Program-made: the position numbers and the translations under genes | Notes under the pieces: model-generated | Database searches by the model: none | Seen by the model: only the letters and a program-made list of their open reading frames with translations | What the model was told of the DNA's origin: nothing | From: Phoronis australis | Taxonomy: Eukaryota > Animalia > Phoronida | Length of the DNA: 64,000 bases | Assembly (NCBI GenBank): GCA_002633005.1 | Contig: NMRA01000148.1 | Coordinates: 310,001-374,000, forward strand | Direction: 5' to 3' | Shown here: positions 55,199 to 64,000 of the stretch, in pieces | How the letters are laid out: every line of letters starts with the position of its first letter | Numbering within the stretch: the first letter of the stretch is position 1

Positions 55199-56170
55199 CT
55201 GCAAGATTACAACCTACTTAGCGGAACTCTCATCATTTCCAGGCATTGCTATCAACCACACATAACAGAAAGGATGCATGTACGCAAACAAGCATTCATT
55301 TCAACTTGGTTGCTTCCTGACGTCAATTGATAGCTACTTTTAGAAAATTATCCAGCTTTCCATTTGGACACTACAAGTTGTTTCAGAAGCATTTGCTAAA
55401 TTAGAATTTTGCCGAGTACGCTGCCTTCGTATTTAGGCCCACACACTTATTTTCAAAATAAATATAAAATATGGCATAAAAAGCATTTATTTTCCAGTAG
55501 GACTAACAATAAAAGACAGACACTAGATTTCGAGCCCACACAGCTCTTCAACAGAAATGTATAGAGACAATAGAAACTATAGGCAGAGCATGCGTGAATG
55601 ATATAAGGTAAATTTTGTACCATCTTTTATTTTTATTTTACTTTTATTTTACCTCTCCAGTCTCTACTTATTAAATATGTCCGAAATAAAAGTGAATTTT
55701 TTTTATCTAAGTGCTTCGCACACAGGAGCATGTAGTAAAACTTTAGTTATTGATGTGCATGAAACTATTCCTTGTATAAGTGCACGTGTTAAACTGGTTG
55801 TTATGCTTCTTGGTTTTAATCAAGTCTTTCGCACACAGGAGCACAAGTGCCTAATTCTGGATGTAGGCGTAAATACACGCGTACGCGGTATGTAATAACA
55901 GCAAGAAACACATCTATCAAACAGTAGAACTTCACTTCCACAAGTACAAAAAAGAAAACGTCAATGCAAAAATAAACTACTCAGTGTCAATCACAGACTT
56001 GATCGTGCAATATATCCACAAGAAAAGATTTGAGAAATTAAACACAAAGCGTGAAAACACAGTATAACGTTAAGTCGATTTCTGGGCAGTAATGTCATCT
56101 TTTGTATTAATTCATACTATTAAAATAAAATGTACAAAAACACAATAAAAAACAAACCATGGTTCCTAAA

Positions 56171-57003
56171 AGTTGCACTTCGCCATGTTCAGGCTAAATA
56201 ATGAAAATCAAAATGGGGTCTTTTACCCTCATGAAATTGGTCTCTTAATATTTCTTACCATGACAAGATCCCATTTCAGTTGCCAACTTAAGTCACATGC
56301 AATCTGTACGTGTGCCATTTTCAATTTTGGAATTTTTGGGTTGGTTTCGATGTTCTTGTTGGTATCAAAAATAGACGAGACTGATTTTATGAGAGTGCAA
56401 GGCCTAATTCGATTTTGGTTTTTTAGCCAGCTAAACAAGACAAAATGCAGCTTAAAGTGTAAATTGCAAGGTCTAAGTATGTTAAATTGTAATAATATTT
56501 TCAAGATATTGTTAGTTGGATATATCTTCTTCCAATTATCATGTTATTGTGTCTGTAGTTACGTTAAAAAGCGAAAATTAAAAAAAATCAGCGAAAAGTT
56601 GACCTTTGACACCGTGACATGGTGTTGGGGAACACAAACTAGATCAATATCCCACAATGCAGTTTACCGCCCACACAAAACAGTGGAAGACGAACAAGGA
56701 GCGTTCAATCGTGGCGTGATTTAGACATGGTACATCGGTGTGTGTGCACCAACTGTGCTAGCACCAGCCAGGTGGAAAGCGTGACCCTATTTAGGTTTCC
56801 CAAAGACAAGCATCTGGCCGCGAAATGGCACTTTTTCGTGTGCACTGCTCGTCATTGGAAAATGACTGTCGAGTCGGCCATATCTGTCGGAGCCGAAATA
56901 TGCTCCGACCACTTTGAGGACGGCTGCTTCGACGACAAACATATCATGAAGTTTGAAGCTGGTCTTGTGAAAAGGTAAGTTATCTTCATAATTTATGGCT
57001 TAN
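56171..57003 (+). mobile_element. Left portion of a THAP-encoding DNA transposon (Kolobok-, P- or Harbinger-like), cut at an N join
   Basis: Candidate terminus ctaaa|agttgcacttcgcc, Staf/ZNF143-like motif tcccacaatgca (56650-56661), THAP exon, then an N at 57003. Confidence 0.5.
56727..56974 (+). CDS. THAP-type (C2CH) zinc-finger exon, antisense within a KLHDC4 intron
   Basis: MVHRCVCTNC...LFRFPKD...KW...ICSDHFEDGCF fits the THAP consensus; ends at a strong donor AAG|gtaagt; downstream exons missing. Confidence 0.8.
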
Positions 57004-57014
57004 ACCTGCAATTA

Positions 57015-57407
<393 letters not shown>

Positions 57408-57791
57408 TTAGCAAGTCGTGTGTATTGGGCTACATTAAGTACAGTTTCTTGCGAGAAAAGTGAGATCACATAAGTGTTCGTGAAATATCACCATGAATTA
57501 TAAACAAGGACCGTCATCAAATTAACTTAACCCATGAGTGCCTTGCATTTATGGAACATGCCCTTGGTGATATGTTTCATATCAATCTGCCAGTAAATAT
57601 TTTCTCACTCTATACAGGCGTTAGCAAAAGACTACCTTATTTGATTCGTTGGAAGGCGAGATAACATCATTCATCCCTTTTTTACTTGTCTCTGTACTAA
57701 AGTAGCTGATACAAAAACCATCAACACCACATTCATTCATAATAAAACAGTTGACACCACTTTAACGCCATGACTGTTTTGGTGTGCGTAC

Positions 57792-57884
57792 CTGATGTTG
57801 TCATGGAAACCGCCAAAAACAATGAGCATTTTCCTATATGATACCATGCGATGACCACTTCTTGAGGAGGGGCAGCCTGATGAC
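57792..57884 (-). CDS. KLHDC4: KLHDC4 exon
   Basis: SSGCPSSRSGHRMVSYRKMLIVFGGFHDNI(R); ttttag acceptor, gtacgc donor. Confidence 0.96.
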
Positions 57885-58456
57885 CTAAAAGCAATCAAGT
57901 AACAGCATAAATCACAAACAGTTTGCAGACAACAAGGTAGTACATTCTGTCTTTAAAAACATTTATTAGATCCTGGATACAATGCCAAACAACTCTGAAA
58001 AGCTAGGCTGTGTTCCGCAGATCAAAGACATTAGCAACGCACTTGCATTGAAAATTCTTTGCTTATGGAATGGAAACAGTGATTCTATCCAATAATTCAT
58101 GACATTCCAACCTCCCTGACCAATCACATCAGTGATCGCCATTTTGTTACGTTATGTAACCAAGGTCTCCAGCTTTTACCAAAACACTCGCCCTTCACTC
58201 GTGTGACTTTGTGTGGTCTTGCCCTTTGGCAAGATTCCTGGGTTGACGGAACATAGCATTGGTCAAAATAAATTGTTTTTCTGTTGAGCAAACTTCAGTG
58301 CGAAAGTTTTTTCAAATGGAAGTGATCGATTTTGCAAATTCCAAGGTTTAACTACCAAAGACAACTTTTCTGACATTAAATGACAACTTGGACAAGAATA
58401 TAATAATAATAATAATATTGAGAGCAACTCTTAAGTATAGAAACAGTGAAGGCTTA

Positions 58457-58702
<246 letters not shown>

Positions 58703-59066
58703 TCAGCATCCTTTGTCTTCCTTTAAATGTTTGAACTAACCTCAACTGCTTACAAAGTCTGGTAAATCAATAAGTGTGGCTAACACTTTACGTGAATTAA
58801 TTAAACCACCGCTGCAGGAAAACACTGTTCAATGTGATTTACTTTGTAAGATAATGACAAAATATTTTAGCTCAATGTTTTTATCTCTCCCAAGAGGTAT
58901 AAATTGTGCAGTAGCTGGTGAGAACCAACTTTGGGTGAAATCACAAAAACAGGCTTAAATGTTTCTTTAACAGAGAACAAGTGGAGAATACAAATAAAAT
59001 TGTGTTCCTGTATAAAATACGTCTCCACAGGCAAACAGGTTTGTTTTTTATTTTCTTTTATTTTTA

Positions 59067-59321
<255 letters not shown>

Positions 59322-59944
59322 CTACAGAGTAATCAACATTTGTTTTACATTGTGCAACTACACACTACACATCATACCCACATATTAAACTGAGAACACA
59401 ATAATGTGAACAGATCATTGTATATATATCTGTAGGGTGAGCCCTTTGCACCGCCAGTGACCAGTTCATTGCCCAGTTCATACTAAAAATAAACAAGACA
59501 AAGCGGCCCAAAATTCACCGCCATGATGACTAAGACCAAGTGCATATCCCCACTTGGAGGGCTGACGGCAAGGACAATTCATTGCACGGTAATTCTTTGC
59601 TTATTGCTAATTGTCAAATCTGTTGTTTCTCCATTTTTCAAAGGCAAATTACTTTGCCATAAATAATGGAAAACTACTAAAGGTTGTTTTATGACATCTA
59701 CACAGTACAAACTAAGTTAGTAAAAGACTGAATTTTTCTTACTTATTATATCTACATTTGTCGAGAAAATTTGACAAAACAGAATTTCACTAGTCGGCCA
59801 TATTGTGAGCTAAATAAGTGAAGGATTACCGTAGTTAGGATGATGAGTCATGACCCATTATGATACAGAAACAGAATTTTGTGTGGCAACTTTTGGCATA
59901 TAGTGAGCAAGAATGTCTGTGAAACACAGTACATGAATGCACGT

Positions 59945-61759
59945 AGTGTAGACACAATACATTATGCACACAGTGTAGACACAATACATTATGCACATAG
60001 TGTAGACACAATACATTATGCACACAGTGTAGACACAATACATTATGCACACAGTGTAGACACAATACATTATGCACACAGTGTAGACACAATACATTAT
60101 GCACACAGTGTAGACACAATACATTATGCACACAGTGTAGACACAATACATTATGCACACAGTGTAGACACAATACATTATGCACACAGTGTAGACACAA
60201 TACATTATGCACACAGTGTAGACACAATACATTATGCACACAGTGTAGACACAATACATTATGCACACAGTGTAGACACAATACATTATGCACACAGTGT
60301 AGACACAATACATTATGCACACAGTGTAGACACAATACATTATGCACACAGTGTAGACACAATACATTATGCACACAGTGTAGACACAATACATTATGCA
60401 CACAGTGTAGACACAATACATTATGCACACAGTGTAGACACAATACATTATGCACACAGTGTAGACACAATACATTATGCACACAGTGTAGACACAATAC
60501 ATTATGCACACAGTGTAGACACAATACATTATGCACACAGTGTAGACACAATACATTATGCACACAGTGTAGACACAATACATTATGCACACAGTGTAGA
60601 CACAATACATTATGCACACAGTGTAGACACAATACATTATGCACACAGTGTAGACACAATACATTATGCACACAGTGTAGACACAATACATTATGCACAC
60701 AGTGTAGACACAATACATTATGCACACAGTGTAGACACAATACATTATGCACACAGTGTAGACACAATACATTATGCACACAGTGTAGACACAATACATT
60801 ATGCACACAGTGTAGACACAATACATTATGCACACAGTGTAGACACAATACATTATGCACACAGTGTAGACACAATACATTATGCACACAGTGTAGACAC
60901 AATACATTATGCACACAGTGTAGACACAATACATTATGCACACAGTGTAGACACAATACATTATGCACACAGTGTAGACACAATACATTATGCACACAGT
61001 GTAGACACAATACATTATGCACACAGTGTAGACACAATACATTATGCACACAGTGTAGACACAATACATTATGCACACAGTGTAGACACAATACATTATG
61101 CACACAGTGTAGACACAATACATTATGCACACAGTGTAGACACAATACATTATGCACACAGTGTAGACACAATACATTATGCACACAGTGTAGACACAAT
61201 ACATTATGCACACAGTGTAGACACAATACATTATGCACACAGTGTAGACACAATACATTATGCACACAGTGTAGACACAATACATTATGCACACAGTGTA
61301 GACACAATACATTATGCACACAGTGTAGACACAATACATTATGCACACAGTGTAGACACAATACATTATGCACACAGTGTAGACACAATACATTATGCAC
61401 ACAGTGTAGACACAATACATTATGCACACAGTGTAGACACAATACATTATGCACACAGTGTAGACACAATACATTATGCACACAGTGTAGACACAATACA
61501 TTATGCACACAGTGTAGACACAATACATTATGCACACAGTGTAGACACAATACATTATGCACACAGTGTAGACACAATACATTATGCACACAGTGTAGAC
61601 ACAATACATTATGCACACAGTGTAGACACAATACATTATGCACACAGTGTAGACACAATACATTATGCACACAGTGTAGACACAATACATTATGCACACA
61701 GTGTAGACACAATACATTATGCACACAGTGTAGACACAATACATTATGCACACAGTGTA
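59945..61759. repeat. Near-perfect 27-bp tandem array (agtgtagacacaatacattatgcacac), about 67 copies
   Basis: Directly visible; variants only in the first units; ends at N 61760. Confidence 0.98.
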
Positions 61760-61760
61760 N

Positions 61761-62025
61761 GTTCAGGACTTTTGAAGATACAAAGGTAAGCGTAAAAAAA
61801 TAAAATTGCCACTAGGGGGCACACCGGTGGTCGGATCCGTCCGAAAGTTCACTCATGCCGTCCCATTCATGAATGGAACATATGTGCCAAATTTCATGAA
61901 CGTATGTCAAAGGGTTTTGAAGATAGAGCAGCGGACACCGGACGGACGCCGCCTGGACGAACAGACGGACGGACGGAGATGACGGCACAACACGTCCACA
62001 TATAAATATGTGGGTGCATAAAAAT
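61761..62025 (-). mobile_element. HINE/Helentron-like element 5' part, truncated at N
   Basis: Highly similar to 49220-49480; contains a ggacggac tract and the atgcacccacatat head. Confidence 0.7.
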
Positions 62026-62488
62026 TAATATTATGGGCGTTTTCAGCTGAAACCAAGTCCAAATCTTAACCACCATAGCTCGAGGTGAACAATGCTAGTC
62101 AACTACTACAATCGAACTGAAACTAACTATGGTTGGACCCTGCTGCCAACTAAGGTTAGTCTAGTCACAAGATGACATCCCCGGGCAGTTACAGGTAAAC
62201 TGAATAATTTCATAATCAACAAACTGTAAACATGGAAAATATGCATTTACTGAAACAATAACAAATGTTCAATTGTTTGTTAAATGCACGCTGCTTTACA
62301 ATGTAGGTCAGCTTATTTGATTATGAATTTATACAAAATTATAGTCTGGATCTACAAGCCAAAGGTAGCCACCTGCTTGCTTTAATACATATAGGTTTGT
62401 TTCCTTTCCGGATGACCCATAGTTCGTGACGGGAAATAAGCTTGTATAAATAACAAGCACATTACAATATTAACACAACTCAGCATAC

Positions 62489-62567
62489 CTTGTTCCCATT
62501 GAAGTATTCCCCTCCAAACATGATCAGCTCATCTCTGTCAGGGTGAGCAGTTAAACTCATATTGCAC
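62489..62567 (-). CDS. KLHDC4: KLHDC4 exon (most 5' exon identified in the window)
   Basis: (R)CNMSLTAHPDRDELIMFGGEYFNGNK matches KLHDC4 HPEKDELILFGGEYFNGQK; tttgtag acceptor, gtatgc donor. Confidence 0.97.
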
Positions 62568-63013
62568 CTACAAAAATAACAAGCTATTTCAATGGTAAAT
62601 TCTTTAACTTGAGGTACTTCATTACAGGCGTGGTCTCAGAAAAGCCAGCTAAGTCATTATTTCCTTATTGGCCTAAACAGCATAATTCTGTCTACTGATT
62701 GGCTAATTTCTGTGCATAACATCCAGCTTTAGCCCACTACAGCAAGTCACAAGAGGAAAATACCTGTTTAGGATTGCAAGGCTCCATGCATAATGTCAAG
62801 TCGCCAAACGGGAACTTAGGTCGCTAAACCCTGTTGGCAAGAGTTGGAATTGAATTCAACAAGTGAAAAGATGGTGATTCTACTAATGTCCATCAGTGAA
62901 CACAAGACTGTTTTGCTCGAACAGAAAATTAGAAGCGTCCCAAGTGCACAGTAACTATCAATTTCCTCCTTTGGGCCCAATATCCTATGCGTAAGTCCAC
63001 ATCTTTAGGCACA

Positions 63014-63405
63014 TTTATTTTATTTATTTATTCAAACTTCTTTAAAAGATTGGGCGACCACTTCAGTCAATACACTGATTTTCAAGTGGGCCCAGTCGGA
63101 AAAAATTACATGAAGTAAAATGCAGAGAGCTATGTGCAATTAGATCGAAAAGATTAATAAATAAAATATACTAGTTATAAAAATTAGTTAAAATGTACAA
63201 TTAGATGAATAAATAAGATAATGATGAGCTCAGGTCTACAGTCCCGAACAGCACACAAAGTGCCAGTAATTCTGTTTGAAGACGCGGACATTTGACGCGT
63301 TCATGGTGGCAGTCCCCAGCCCATTGTAAGCGACAGCACCTCTGTAGGCAAAAGTTCTTTTGCCACAATTGTTTTTAAGAGCACGTCCACGAATGGACCA
63401 GGCAA
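63014..63405 (-). mobile_element. 5'-truncated CR1/L2-clade LINE (ORF2 C-terminus, 3' UTR and tail)
   Basis: Minus frame RALKNNCGKRTFAYRGAVAYNGL...NVRVFKQ resembles the RTFxYRGAxxWNxL...FK end of CR1/L2 ORF2. The 3' UTR has a stem-loop (ccacttg...cagtgtattgactgaagtgg) and an (aata)n tail. Confidence 0.7.
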
Positions 63406-64000
63406 AAAGTGATAAAGGCTATGTCACGGATTTCCTCGATTGTTTGCATGATGGTAGGGGTGGATACCCCAACCTTCATACCAACATTAATTTTTTTGCG
63501 TGCGCCACCTTGTGGTTGCTATGGGAACGTGTTGTTTTTCTGCCAATTCCAAGCCTCGTTACAGCTACATTTTGGCACTTTTTGCGAACTTACCTTGAGA
63601 ACAATAGTGCAAAATGAAACACTTCAAGTTTATCACTGAATTGGGGTGTCTTTCAACTTGCCAGTCATAGAAAATACCAAGGTTTCAGTTACATCTTAAC
63701 CGTTTTTGAAGGCTACCAGTTTAGCTAGTTTGTGGTGATTCCAAAATGTTGAAAATTGCCCTACTTCCTGTCTCAATATCTCAGCTGAAGCCAAATTTAA
63801 AACAACAAAACTACAACCAGTGTTTAGATTGATCTTAGCTCTACAAAATAAAACTATAAAAAGTCTAGGCAATCACCCTTCTTCATACCGCTTCGGGCTC
63901 TAGAAGTAGGGCACCTCACCAAAATTATGCAACTGGCCAATGTCTGCATAGTAACACATGTATGCGAGGATTCAAAATACAGTTTTGAAATCTTAAAATG

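Noticed and set aside
56173-56724. 183-aa hydrophobic ORF upstream of the THAP exon
   Set aside because: Non-ATG start, AT-rich low-information composition and no motif; likely non-coding transposon terminal sequence.
59517-59572. Box C/D- or SECIS-like motif ATGATGA...CCAAGTG/CACTTGG...CTGA
   Set aside because: Only about 45 nt between the boxes and antisense to the host KLHDC4 transcript; the reverse strand looks like the 3' hairpin end of a HINE-type repeat.
59835-61789. Three 630+ aa ORFs (HNVLCLHCV, CIMYCVYTV and HSVDTIHYA repeats) suggesting a Cys/His metal-binding protein or a CRISPR array
   Set aside because: They are translations of a 27-bp satellite with no synonymous variation, inside an intron. 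There are no unique spacers, so it is not CRISPR.

Overview
Animal genomic DNA with spliced GT-AG genes, about 38-40% GC by eye, and many short transposon remnants. It looks like a heterozygous marine invertebrate draft assembly, with one 127-N gap and single N joins at 57003 and 61760; the species cannot be determined from the sequence. Three host genes were reconstructed exon by exon with consistent splice phases. (1) A divergent RP9/PAP-1-like zinc-knuckle gene on the minus strand (about 8.46 kb to 383), whose last two exons appear twice around the N gap, probably as an allelic assembly duplication. (2) A complete 5-exon junctophilin on the plus strand (11521-44604, 859 aa, 22.4-kb first intron). 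(3) Ten 3' coding exons of KLHDC4 on the minus strand (62567 to 50101); its 5' end is not located and probably lies beyond the window. Junctophilin and KLHDC4 sit tail-to-tail, as human JPH3 and KLHDC4 do, suggesting ancient microsynteny. Introns hold tRNA-derived SINEs, hAT-, Harbinger- and Kolobok-like non-autonomous elements, Helentron/HINE-like elements, a CR1/L2-type LINE tail, an antisense THAP-domain exon and a near-perfect 27-bp satellite array. I found no CRISPR, rRNA or bona fide tRNA genes and cannot demonstrate a wholly new biological system. The best leads are the JPH-KLHDC4 synteny, the apparently N-truncated RP9, the THAP insertion and a possible membrane-anchor-less junctophilin isoform.
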